A DNA stretch of 64,000 nucleotides. Source: an uncultured Alphaproteobacteria bacterium (GTDB taxonomy: Bacteria; Pseudomonadota; Alphaproteobacteria; Rhodospirillales; Defluviicoccaceae). Shown here in pieces: positions 36,607 through 46,241 of this stretch. The translations under genes were made by a program, and so were the position numbers. The stretch lies in NCBI GenBank assembly GCA_963789785.1, contig CAWBNC010000031.1, positions 76,041 to 140,040 on the forward strand, in the 5' to 3' direction. The notes beneath the pieces are model-generated. The model saw only the letters and a list, made by a program, of their open reading frames with translations. It made no database searches and was not told where the DNA came from. Position 1 is the first letter of the stretch, and each line of letters starts with the position of its first letter.

Positions 36607-39600
36607 ATGATCAGCGCCTTCTTCATCGACCGGCCGAAGTTCGCCTTTGTCGTCTCGATCATCATCACCCTGGCCGGGCTGATCTCGCTGGCCACCCTGC
36701 CGATCGATCAGTACCCCGATATCACCCCACCGGTGGTGCAGGTCACGGCGACCTATCCGGGCGCCAATGCCGGCGTCATCGAGTCGACCGTGGCGCAGCC
36801 GATCGAGGAGCAGGTCAACGGCGTCGACAACATGCTCTACATGGCCTCGCAGAGCGCCAACGATGGAACCTACAGTCTGAAGGTCACCTTCGCCGTCGGC
36901 ACCGACCCCGACATCGCCCAGGTCAACGTGCAGAATCGGGTCGCCCTTGCCACGCCGCGGCTGCCCGAGGAGGTCAACCGTCAGGGAGTCTCTGTGCGCA
37001 AGCAGTCGACGAACCTGCTGCTGGTGGTCAACGTGCTGTCGCCGAAGGGCACGTTCGACAGCCTGTTTCTAAGCAATTACGCCAGCATCAACATGACCGA
37101 CGCCCTGGCCCGCCTGCCCGGTGTCGGGCAGGTGACGATCTTCGGCGCGCGCGACTACGGGATGCGGATGTGGCTCGACGCCCAGCGCATGGCCAGCCTC
37201 GGTATCACCACCAGCGACGTGGTCGCGGCAATCCGCGAACAGAACGTACAGGTCGCGCCGGGGCAGATTGGTGCGCCGCCGATCGATGGCGAGCAGCAAT
37301 TCCAGTACACGATTCGCACCCAGGGCCGCCTGGTGGACGTGGACGCCTTCCGCAAGATCATCATCCGCGCCAATCCGGACGGCTCCAGCGTCCGGGTCGG
37401 CGAGATCGCCCGCGTCGAACTGGGCGCGCAGAGCTATGCCTCGTTCGGCCAGCTCGATGGCCAGCCGTCGGCCAACATCGGCATCTATCAGCTTCCGGGC
37501 TCGAACGCTCTCGAAGTCGCCCGCGGCGTCCAGGGCGAGATCGACCGCCTGTCGCAGACCTTCCCCAACGATCTGCAAGCACGGATTCTCTACGACACGA
37601 CACGCTTCATCACCGCGTCCGTGAAAGATGTCGCATTGACGTTCGCGATCGCCATCAGCCTGGTGGTCTTCGTCGTCTTCGTCTTTCTCCAGGACTGGCG
37701 GATGACGCTGATCCCGTTCGTCGCCATTCCGGTGTCGCTGATTGGCGCCTTTGCCGCGCTCGCCGCGCTCGGCTTCACCATCAACACCATCACCCTGTTC
37801 GGCCTGATCCTGGCCATTGGCATCGTCGTCGACGACGCGATCATCGTCGTCGAAAACGTCCAGCGAAAGCTCACCGAGGGCCTGCCGCCGCACGAAGCGA
37901 CCCTTCGGGCGATGCGCGAAGTGACCGGCCCGATCATCGCCACGTCGCTGGTGCTGCTCGCCGTCTTCATCCCGGTCGGGTTCCTGCCTGGCATCACCGG
38001 ACGGGTCTATCAGCAGTTCGCCCTGACCATCGCCGCCGCCGTGGCGTTCTCCACCATCAATGCCCTGACCCTGAGCCCGGCGCTGTGCGTGTCGTTCCTG
38101 CGTCCGCACAGCCATCGCGTCGGTCCGCTCTTTCGCGGCTTCAACTGGGTCTTCGATCGCGCGCTCGGCGGTTACGTCCGCTCGGTCGGCGTTCTTCTTC
38201 GTCACATCCTGCTGGTGCTCGTGGCCTTTTGCGGACTGCTCGTCCTGACCTATCTGGGCTTTGTCCGCCTTCCGACGGCTTTCCTGCCGGAGGAGGACCA
38301 GGGATACTTCTTCGTCAACGTCCAGTTGCCGCCCGCCGCATCGCTGGGCCGGACCAGCGAGGCGCTCGACCACGTCCGCGAGATCCTCGCCGCCACCCCC
38401 GGGATCGCCCACGTGGTGACCATCGGCGGATTCAATTTCCTCGCCGGTTCGGCAGCGCCCAACAGCGGGGTGATGTTCGCGGTTCTCGAGCCCTGGTTCG
38501 AGCGGACGGCGCCGGAGCTTCAGGTCAGCGGCATCCTTAACCGCTTGCGCGGGCAACTCTTCGCCATTCCCGAGGCGAACGTCATTGCGTTCAATCCGCC
38601 CTCCATCCGCGGCCTCGGGACCGTCGGCGGCTTCGACTTCCAGCTCCAGGACCGGCGCGGCGGCAGCCCGCAGGATCTCGCCGCGGCGCTGCGCGGGCTT
38701 GTTTTCGAGGCCAACCAGGATCCCGTGTTGAGCAATGTCTTCAGCACGTTCCAGGCCGACGTGCCGCAGATCTGGCTCGATATCGACCGGGAAAAGGCGA
38801 AGCGTCAGGGCGTCGCCTTGAGCGAAATCTTCACGACCCTGCAGGCCCAGCTCGGCTCATTCTACGTCAACGACTTCAACAAGTTCGGCCGTGTCTACAA
38901 GGTCATGATCGAGGCCGACCGGGATTATCGCCAGCGTCCGGATGACATTCTGCGCCTCTATGTCCGCAACGGCCGTGGCGAGATGGTGCCGCTCAGGACC
39001 CTCGCGACAATCTCGCCGACCCTCGGACCGGAGACCCTGCGCCGCTACAACCTCTTCCGCGCGGCACAGGTGAACGGCTCGGCGGCGCCCGGGTCCAGCT
39101 CCGGCGATGCGATCGCGGCCATGGAACGGGTCGCCGCCCGGGTTCTTCCCGACGGTTTCGCCTTCGAATGGTCGGGAGTGACTCTGCAGGAACTGTCGGC
39201 GGGGAAGACGGCGCCGATCCTGTTCGCGCTGGCGATCGTCTTCGCCTATCTGTTTCTGGTCGCCCAGTACGAGAGCTGGTCGGTCCCGTTCGCGGTCGTG
39301 CTCTCGGTGCCCCTGGCGGCGCTGGGCGCTCTCGCCGGGCTGTTCATTGCGGGACTGAGCAACGACATGTACGCCCAGATCGGCATGGTTCTGCTGATCG
39401 GACTGGCGTGCAAGAATGCGATCCTTATTGTCGAGTTCGCCAAGGTCAACCACGAGGCCGGACAAACCATTCATGAGGCTGCGCTCACGGCCGCGCGACT
39501 GCGTTTCCGGGCGATCATGATGACCGCTTTCTCATTCATTCTCGGCGTAATGCCGCTGCTGTTCGCAACCGGCGCCGGAGCCGCCGCCCGGCGGGCGCTG

Positions 39601-39753
39601 GGGACCACGGTGTTCTCGGGTATGCTCGCCGCGGCCATCGTCGGAACGCTGCTCGCGCCGGTCTTGTTCGCCGCGATCCAGAGTGCGGTGGAGCGAACAT
39701 CGCGGCGGCGATCCCACCCGGATGCGCCTGATGCGCCAGTCGGCGAGACGTGA
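36607..39753 (+). CDS. RND multidrug efflux permease (AcrB/MexB family)
   Basis: 1048-aa ORF with 12 TM helices, the N-terminus FFIDRPKFAFVVSIIITLAGL and conserved motifs LAIGIVVDDAIIVVENV and GLACKNAILIVEFA. Confidence 0.95.
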   Translation: MISAFFIDRPKFAFVVSIIITLAGLISLATLPIDQYPDITPPVVQVTATYPGANAGVIESTVAQPIEEQVNGVDNMLYMASQSANDGTYSLKVTFAVGTDPDIAQVNVQNRVALATPRLPEEVNRQGVSVRKQSTNLLLVVNVLSPKGTFDSLFLSNYASINMTDALARLPGVGQVTIFGARDYGMRMWLDAQRMASLGITTSDVVAAIREQNVQVAPGQIGAPPIDGEQQFQYTIRTQGRLVDVDAFRKIIIRANPDGSSVRVGEIARVELGAQSYASFGQLDGQPSANIGIYQLPGSNALEVARGVQGEIDRLSQTFPNDLQARILYDTTRFITASVKDVALTFAIAISLVVFVVFVFLQDWRMTLIPFVAIPVSLIGAFAALAALGFTINTITLFGLILAIGIVVDDAIIVVENVQRKLTEGLPPHEATLRAMREVTGPIIATSLVLLAVFIPVGFLPGITGRVYQQFALTIAAAVAFSTINALTLSPALCVSFLRPHSHRVGPLFRGFNWVFDRALGGYVRSVGVLLRHILLVLVAFCGLLVLTYLGFVRLPTAFLPEEDQGYFFVNVQLPPAASLGRTSEALDHVREILAATPGIAHVVTIGGFNFLAGSAAPNSGVMFAVLEPWFERTAPELQVSGILNRLRGQLFAIPEANVIAFNPPSIRGLGTVGGFDFQLQDRRGGSPQDLAAALRGLVFEANQDPVLSNVFSTFQADVPQIWLDIDREKAKRQGVALSEIFTTLQAQLGSFYVNDFNKFGRVYKVMIEADRDYRQRPDDILRLYVRNGRGEMVPLRTLATISPTLGPETLRRYNLFRAAQVNGSAAPGSSSGDAIAAMERVAARVLPDGFAFEWSGVTLQELSAGKTAPILFALAIVFAYLFLVAQYESWSVPFAVVLSVPLAALGALAGLFIAGLSNDMYAQIGMVLLIGLACKNAILIVEFAKVNHEAGQTIHEAALTAARLRFRAIMMTAFSFILGVMPLLFATGAGAAARRALGTTVFSGMLAAAIVGTLLAPVLFAAIQSAVERTSRRRSHPDAPDAPVGET

Positions 39754-39768
39754 GCGGCGGCCGCGTCA

Positions 39769-42399
39769 ATGGCTGTCCAGGTTGTTGAAGCCCGAGACCC
39801 ACCCGGTGGCGCGGGCGGGGGCGACGACACCGGGTCCAGCGATGAGCGCTTTGCCCGGCTGAAGCGGTTCGGTCCGCCGGCCGCGGCGGCGCTGGTCTTC
39901 GCCCTGACGCTGTCCGCGATCGACCGTCTGCTCGGCCACCTTAACTACCACATCGTGATGGCCGACCTGCGCGCCCTGCCGGCATCGGCAATGGCGCTCG
40001 CGATCGCCTTTACCGCCGGGAGCTTCCTCTGCCTGACCGGCTACGACTGGTCGGCGGTTCGCTATATCGGCAAGAGACTGCCCTATCACCGGATCGCTCT
40101 CGGATCCTTCGCCGGCTACGCCATCTCCAACACGATCGGCTTCAGCCTGCTCTCCGGGCCATCGGTGCGCTACCGGATCTACGCCGCCGCCGGGCTCGAG
40201 GCGGTCGATGTGGCGCGGGTCGCTGTCGTATCCGGGCTAGCGTTCCACGTCGGAGTCTCGGCGGTGGCTGGCTTCGCCATGACGCTGCGTCCGCACGCCA
40301 TCGCTGCGATCATCGCGGTTCCGGCGCCGGCCTTGCGGACGCTGGGGCTGGTCATGTTGTTCGCCGTCGCGGCCCTGATCGCCTTCGTCTTTATCCGCCG
40401 CCGGCCGTTGCGGCTATGGCGATGGACGGTCGAGCTGCCCAGCGGTCCGCTGGTCATGGGTCAGCTCGTCCTGTCGGTGATCGAGATCGCCTCCGCCGGC
40501 TCGGTGCTGTTCGTCCTGCTGCCGACCGGCGATATCACCTGGTTCGCGTTCATCACCTTCTACTGTCTGGCCATCGTCGCCGGGGTGCTCAGCCACGTGC
40601 CCGGCGGCTTCGGCGTATTCGAAAGCGTAATGCTGTTCCTCCTTGCCGGTTCGGTGCCGGCGGAAACGACGACGGCGGCGCTTGTTGCCTATCGCTCCAT
40701 CTACAATCTCTTTCCACTTCTGCTCGCCGCGATACTCCTCGCCGCCGACGAAGCGATCCGCAAGGTGGCGCCGGCGCTGGAGGCGGCGCGCCAGATCGGC
40801 GCCTGGAGCACGCGCCTCATCCCGACAATCATGGGCACGGTCGTCTTCATTGCCGGCGCCGTCATGATCGCCTCGTCGGCGACGCCGGCGGTGCCGCGAC
40901 GGATGGTATTCCTTTCAAACACAGTGCCCCTGTCGCTGGTCGAGACGGCGCATTTTCTGTCCAGCATTGCCGGCTTTCTCCTGCTCATTCTCTCGCGCGG
41001 GCTGTTTCGCCGTCTCAACGGCGCCTACTGGCTGGCCCTGTTCATGCTGCCGGTCGCCGCGGCGACGTCCTTCGCCAAGGGTTGGGACTACGAGGAAGCA
41101 ACCCTCATGATGGTGGTGCTCGTCGCGCTGCTGCCGTGCCGCCGCGAGTTCTACCGGCAGACGTCGCTCCTCGATGCGCCGTTCACCTGGGGCTGGCTGC
41201 TCGCCATCGCCGCCGTCGTTGGGTCGATGGTCTGGCTCATCACCTTTTCCTACAAGCACGTCGACTACGCCGAAAACCTCTGGTGGGAGTTTGCATTCAA
41301 GGATGACGCGCCCCGCTCTCTCCGGGCGCTCCTGGCCGTGCTTCTGGCCGGCACCGCCGCCGGCCTCGCCCGCCTGCTTCGCCCACCGCGCCACGCGCCC
41401 GATCTTCCCGTCAAGGCGGAGATCGCGCGTGCCGGCGCGATCATCGCGGCGCAGGACCGGACCTACGCCAACCTGGCGCTGCTGGGTGACAAGGCATTGC
41501 TTTTCAGCGAATCCGGCGATGCCTTCATCATGTATGGCGTCCGCGCACGAAGTTGGGTGGCCATGGGTGATCCGGTCGGCCCGCAGCAATCGTGGGCCGA
41601 TCTGGCCTGGACCTTCCGCGAGCTCGCCGATCGCGTCGGGGCCCGCATCGCCTTCTATCAGGCGTCACCCGAGGCGCTGCCGCTCTATCTCGATCTCGGT
41701 CTCGTGCCGCTGAAGATTGGAGAGGAGGCGATCATCGATCTCACCGCCTTCTCCCTGCAGGGCCGCAGGCGGCGGGAGGACCGCAATGTCCTCAGCCGCG
41801 GCGAGCGCGAGGGGCTCGACATGGAGGTGCTGCCGACCGGCGCCGCGACGCCGCTGCTGGCGGAGTTGGAGGCGATTTCCGATGACTGGCTGCAGACCAA
41901 GAACACGCGCGAGAAGCGGTTTGCCCTGGGAGCGTTCTCCGCCGCCATCGTCGAGCGCTCACCGGTTGCCGTCGCCCGCCTGCACGGCCGGGCGGTCGCC
42001 TTCGCCTCCCTGATGACGACGCCGACAAAAGCGGAAGCCTCGATCGACCTGATGCGCTACAGCAGCGAGGCGCCCCGCTACACGATGCAGTTCCTTTTTC
42101 TGCGGCTGATGCTGCACCTTAAAGAGGCCGGATTTGCAACATTCACTCTTGGCATGGCGCCCATGTCGGGGATGGAGGGCCATCCGCTCGCGCCGGTGTG
42201 GCACAAGGTCGGCAGATTCCTTTTTCAGCACGGCGAGCACTTCTACAACTTCCAGGGCCTGCGCGGGTTCAAGGACAAGTTCGACCCCGTCTGGCAGCCG
42301 CGCTACCTCGCCGCTCCCGGCGGACTGAGCCCGCTGATCGTCATGACGGATGTCGGCGCTCTGGTCGGCGGCGGTTTCAAGGGCATGATCGCGCGATGA
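39769..42399 (+). CDS. mprF: bifunctional lysylphosphatidylglycerol flippase/synthetase
   Basis: 876-aa ORF with a polytopic N-terminal flippase half and a C-terminal aminoacyl-PG synthase domain (FALGAF, DLMRY, FRGLRGFKDKFDPVWQPRYL). Confidence 0.9.
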   Translation: MAVQVVEARDPPGGAGGGDDTGSSDERFARLKRFGPPAAAALVFALTLSAIDRLLGHLNYHIVMADLRALPASAMALAIAFTAGSFLCLTGYDWSAVRYIGKRLPYHRIALGSFAGYAISNTIGFSLLSGPSVRYRIYAAAGLEAVDVARVAVVSGLAFHVGVSAVAGFAMTLRPHAIAAIIAVPAPALRTLGLVMLFAVAALIAFVFIRRRPLRLWRWTVELPSGPLVMGQLVLSVIEIASAGSVLFVLLPTGDITWFAFITFYCLAIVAGVLSHVPGGFGVFESVMLFLLAGSVPAETTTAALVAYRSIYNLFPLLLAAILLAADEAIRKVAPALEAARQIGAWSTRLIPTIMGTVVFIAGAVMIASSATPAVPRRMVFLSNTVPLSLVETAHFLSSIAGFLLLILSRGLFRRLNGAYWLALFMLPVAAATSFAKGWDYEEATLMMVVLVALLPCRREFYRQTSLLDAPFTWGWLLAIAAVVGSMVWLITFSYKHVDYAENLWWEFAFKDDAPRSLRALLAVLLAGTAAGLARLLRPPRHAPDLPVKAEIARAGAIIAAQDRTYANLALLGDKALLFSESGDAFIMYGVRARSWVAMGDPVGPQQSWADLAWTFRELADRVGARIAFYQASPEALPLYLDLGLVPLKIGEEAIIDLTAFSLQGRRRREDRNVLSRGEREGLDMEVLPTGAATPLLAELEAISDDWLQTKNTREKRFALGAFSAAIVERSPVAVARLHGRAVAFASLMTTPTKAEASIDLMRYSSEAPRYTMQFLFLRLMLHLKEAGFATFTLGMAPMSGMEGHPLAPVWHKVGRFLFQHGEHFYNFQGLRGFKDKFDPVWQPRYLAAPGGLSPLIVMTDVGALVGGGFKGMIAR

Positions 42400-43870
42400 C
42401 AAGGGCGTCTACGCTCGCGGCTGTCCTCTCGCTGATCCTGATGCTGATCGTGATCTTCAACGTGGTCATATCGCCGCCGGAGACGAAGCCCGTCAGTATC
42501 AGCGGCCATCCTGCGCTCGCACCGGCCCATGTCCTTGCGCCACCAGTGCCGGCGCGTGGCGCCGTCGTGATGTTCTCCGACCGGCAGGGCTGGAACGCGG
42601 CGATGGATGCGGCGGCCAAGGCCATCGCCGAGGCCGGCGAAATCGTCGTCGGTTTCGATACGCCGCGAGTGCTTGTCGAAGCAGCGCGAACCCCGGATGG
42701 ATGCCTCGACCTGTCCGAGGCCATCGCCGACGCGACGGCCGACGCACGTTCGCGGCGGCGAGGAGGATGGGACGGCAGGGCGGCCCGGCATTGCGCCGGT
42801 TCTGGCGGGAACGGGAGACGGCGCAACCCTGGCCTATGCCATCCTCGCCCAGTCGCCGCAGGGTCGGTTCGCGGGCGTCGTCCCGGTCTCGTTCACCGGC
42901 GATCTGGCAAGCGCCGCACCGCTGTGCGCCGGCGCCCCGAGCGAGCCGGCGGGGACAGGCGTTTTCCATTACCGGCCGGCGACAATGCTGCCGGGCTGGC
43001 TCGCGATCGTCAGCGAACATCCGGACGCATCGAGGATCGCTGCCTATGCCGCGGCTGCCGGAGCCGCGGTCATTGCCGTGCCCGGCAACTTCGACTTCCC
43101 GGCCTCTGTCATCACCGTCCTGGCGCAAGCGCACGAGCCGGCAGACGTTTCCGACGACGGCGGCGTCGGCGCATTGCCTCTCGTGCCCCTGCCGGTGGAT
43201 AAGCCCGGCGGGTTAGATGGCCGTCATCTATTCCGGCGACGGCGGCTGGCGCGATGCCGACAAGCGGCTCGGCGAGGCGCTGCAGTTGGACGGTGTGCCC
43301 GTCGTCGGCGTCGACAGCCTGCGCTACTTCTGGCGCGAAAAAACGCCCGAGCAGGTGGCGGCGGACCTGGCGATGATTCTGGGCTACTACCCGCAGCTCT
43401 GGGGCACGCCAAAGGTGATCCTCATCGGCTATTCGTTCGGCGCCGATGTTCTCCCGTTCGCCGTCAACAGGCAGACGCCCGCGGCGCGAACGAGCATCGT
43501 CCAGATATCGCTCCTCGGGCTCGCCGAACGCGCCGACTTCGCAATCCAGATCGCCGGCTGGCTGGGGGCGGGGCCAAGCGATGCCGCGCTTCCCGTCCTG
43601 CCCGAAATCGCCCGCCTCGATCTCTCCCGCGTGCAGTGCTTTTACGGTCAGGAAGAGGAGGACAGCCTCTGCCCGACCCAGGCCCTGTCCGGCGCCGAGG
43701 TCATCGCCATGCCGGGCGGTCATCATTTCGACGGTGAATACGAGAAGATCGCGAAACGCATCATCGACGGCGCCCGAAGCCGATCCGGGTGCCGTCGCTT
43801 CAGGTGCCGGATTGGCGGCGGTGCACTGAGAAAGGGAGGGGATTTCGCGGCGGGAGGACGCTTTGCTTAG
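42396..43870 (+). pseudogene. acvB: AcvB/VirJ-family protein (lysyl-PG hydrolase family), two +1 frame breaks
   Basis: ATGA overlap with the mprF stop. The pieces are 42396..~42760 (signal/anchor TLAAVLSLILMLIVIF), the frame of ORF 42607..43737 (IAPVLAGTGDGATLAYAIL), and 43217..43870 (AVIYSGDGGWRDADK, LIGYSFGADVLPF, GGHHFDGEY). The second break is at 43214-43217. The first lies somewhere in 42725-42790. Confidence 0.75.
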
Positions 43871-45255
43871 AAGCCGCCGCCGGTGTGAAAATCACCGCCG
43901 CCGCCGCCACCAGCCGCCGCCACCACGCCGCCGCCTCCGCCAGCACCGCCGCCGCCCCAGCCGCCGCCTGGAAACTGGGTCGGGCGGTGATGACGGCCGA
44001 TCTCGCCCCAGAAGGTGTCGCGGCCGATGGCGCCGCTGAGCACCTGTCCCAGCATGGTGCCGAGCATCGCGCCGGCGGCGCTGTCGAAGGTGCCGCGGTT
44101 GTAACCGCGCCGGCGGTAGTCGCGTCGCAGCGCGCCGATCTCTTCCAGCTCGCGGCGCTGCTGTTCCTGCTGCGCCTTGGCCTGATCGAGCGCGGCCACG
44201 ATCTTCTGCTCTTCGGCCTCGAGCGTTTCGAGGTCCTGGACGACCGCGTCGTCCTCGGCGGCGGCCGTGCGCCGGGCCTGATCGCGCAAGGCCCGCAGTT
44301 CCTGTCGGCGAAGGGCCTCGACGATGACCGCGGTCGCGGCACGGGTGGCGGGATCCTCGCCGGCCAGCAGGTGGGCGCGCCGCTCCTGGGCCTCGACGAG
44401 CGCTTTGCCCTTTGCCTCGATCCGGTCGTCGATCGTATCGACTTCAGCCTCGGCCTCCTCGAGGTCGGCGTGGCGCGCGGCCGCGTCGCCCTCGTCCAGC
44501 GCGGCCTTTTCCATCGCCGCGAGCTTCCCGGTTTCGATGTTGGCCTGGGCGTGTTGGCGCCCGGCATGGTCCTGAAGCCGGCGGGGGATCTCGTTGAGCA
44601 TGGCGAAGCTGGCGCGCGCCTTGTCGTAGCCGGTGAACCGGGCGATCCAGCGATCGACCATGCGCGCAAGGAAGCCGGCGGAGTAGGCCGAGGTGCCATA
44701 GCCGCGCGCCCAGAGATACTGGAACAGCTCGTCCGCCTCGTAAGGTTTGCCCTTATCGCGCCGATCGGCTTCGGCCTGCCGGGTCTTGCTCTCGGCGGCG
44801 GCCGCGGTCTCTGCGGCCTTCCGCGCCGCCTCCTGTTGCGCGCGATACGGCTCGGTCGCCGCCAGACGTCGGCGCACGTCCTCGGCCGCCGCGTCGAAGG
44901 CCGCCTGGCGTTGGCCGACGAGATCGGTCGCCGTCGTCCGGTCCGCGCGAAGGGCCTGCACCTCGCGCTCGAGCGCGCCAACCTCCGCATCGATCTCGGC
45001 CGACCCTGCCTCCTGCCGTTGCTTCGCGGCACGGACATTCGCGTCCAGCGCCGCGAGGCTCCGGATCAGCGGATCTTCCTCAAGCAGCCCGAGGCGCACC
45101 TGCGCCAGCCTGCGGTAGGCCTCGCTCTCCTCCGTCCTGACCTGGAGCAGGCGCGCGCTCAGGTCGTTCATCTGCCCATGTAGCGCGTCGGTGCGCCGGT
45201 GGGCGTCCCCGAACGCGTCGTCCATCGGGTCGATCAGCTGCGAAGCGCTATACAT
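43867..45255 (-). CDS. coiled-coil protein with C-terminal glycine zipper and poly-Gly tail (function unknown)
   Basis: 462 aa from ATG 45255 (TTG 45261 is also possible). It is Ala/Glu/Arg-rich and heptad-like throughout, with an aromatic block PYEADELFQYLWARGYGTSAYSAGFLARMVDRWIARFTGYD. It then has GAMLGTMLGQVLSGAIG and the tail GGGWGGGGAGGGGGVVAAAGGGGGGDFHTGGGF. It lies 6 nt downstream of the preceding gene. Confidence 0.7.
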   Translation of the reverse strand: MYSASQLIDPMDDAFGDAHRRTDALHGQMNDLSARLLQVRTEESEAYRRLAQVRLGLLEEDPLIRSLAALDANVRAAKQRQEAGSAEIDAEVGALEREVQALRADRTTATDLVGQRQAAFDAAAEDVRRRLAATEPYRAQQEAARKAAETAAAAESKTRQAEADRRDKGKPYEADELFQYLWARGYGTSAYSAGFLARMVDRWIARFTGYDKARASFAMLNEIPRRLQDHAGRQHAQANIETGKLAAMEKAALDEGDAAARHADLEEAEAEVDTIDDRIEAKGKALVEAQERRAHLLAGEDPATRAATAVIVEALRRQELRALRDQARRTAAAEDDAVVQDLETLEAEEQKIVAALDQAKAQQEQQRRELEEIGALRRDYRRRGYNRGTFDSAAGAMLGTMLGQVLSGAIGRDTFWGEIGRHHRPTQFPGGGWGGGGAGGGGGVVAAAGGGGGGDFHTGGGF

Positions 45256-45261
45256 CGCCAA

Positions 45262-46230
45262 TTACCACTCGAGGATGACGCCGCCGGGCGTCGGAAAGTT
45301 GAACTTCGGCTCGAGGTGGCCGACCTGCTTCTCGCCGAAGCGATTGTTCTGGATGATCCCGTCGTCCTGCTTGTCCGCCTTGACGCGGTTGAAGGTCTGC
45401 TCATCGACGCGCATCCCGAACACGCTCGCCCGCTCCGTCTTGTTGTCCTCCTCGCTGTGCACCACGAGTTCGACCGGGCGACCGTCCTGATCGACGGCTT
45501 CAACCAGGATGTAGTAGTTGCGCGCATTCGGATTGAGCCGCGGCACCCGCCATACCCCGCTCTGCTGGCCCGGCCGGACCAGGATCCGCAGGGTATAGCT
45601 CTGCTCGAGACGCTTGCGCAGATCGACCAGCGCGCCCAGCTTTTCGCGCGCCGCCGGCGCATCGTCGGCGGCCAGAGCGACATCGACCGCGGCGGCAAGA
45701 TCGCGCGCCTTCTGCGTCGCAGCCGGCTCCTTGCTCAGCGCCACTACACGTTCGAGCTCGGTGCGCGTCTGCTGCGGGATGGTCTGGGCGAGCTCCCGCT
45801 GCTCCGCGGCAACGCGGCGCTCTTCGGGAAGCTTGACGCCGAAGTACCAACCGCCGGCCACAGCCGCGAGGAGGCCGACGGCAACGGCCGCGACCTTCAT
45901 CAGCCGGTTGCGCCGCACCCAGAGCAGCGCCAGCGACCGCCTTATCCCGGCCGGCGGCGGCCGGTAGACGAACCGGTCCTCGCGGAGCGCCGCGACACCC
46001 TCGTCAAGGATTCGCTCGGGAACCTCGATCCCCTGAGCGGCGTAGAGCCGGCGCAGCCGCTCCTTCATCTCGGCATCGCGCACGTCGGATCCAAGCTCGC
46101 GTTCCACCAGCACGTCGGCGTGGCGGAGGTTGTCGACAACGTCCATCGCCAGCATGACGTCGTCGAGCGGCGGGGCGGCCTGCCCGTTGCGCGGCTGGTC
46201 CTGCCCGGATGCGGCCCCGGATGCTGCCAT
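45262..46230 (-). CDS. single-pass membrane protein with a beta-rich C-terminal domain (function unknown)
   Basis: 322 aa. One TM helix LMKVAAVAVGLLAAVAGGWYFGV is followed by a helical linker and a compact domain YTLRILVRPGQQSGVWRVPRLNPNARNYYILVEAVDQDGRPVELVVHSEEDN. It lies 11 nt downstream of the preceding gene. Confidence 0.7.
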   Translation of the reverse strand: MAASGAASGQDQPRNGQAAPPLDDVMLAMDVVDNLRHADVLVERELGSDVRDAEMKERLRRLYAAQGIEVPERILDEGVAALREDRFVYRPPPAGIRRSLALLWVRRNRLMKVAAVAVGLLAAVAGGWYFGVKLPEERRVAAEQRELAQTIPQQTRTELERVVALSKEPAATQKARDLAAAVDVALAADDAPAAREKLGALVDLRKRLEQSYTLRILVRPGQQSGVWRVPRLNPNARNYYILVEAVDQDGRPVELVVHSEEDNKTERASVFGMRVDEQTFNRVKADKQDDGIIQNNRFGEKQVGHLEPKFNFPTPGGVILEW

Positions 46231-46241
46231 CGTCGCGCCGC

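Noticed and set aside
43880-43980. GCC/GGC-rich triplet-repeat-like tract. I considered it as a tandem repeat, a CRISPR-like array or a contingency locus.
   Set aside because: It is the coding sequence of the poly-Gly tail of the coiled-coil protein on the minus strand. It has no regular repeat-spacer periodicity. In-frame length variation is possible but cannot be shown from one sequence.
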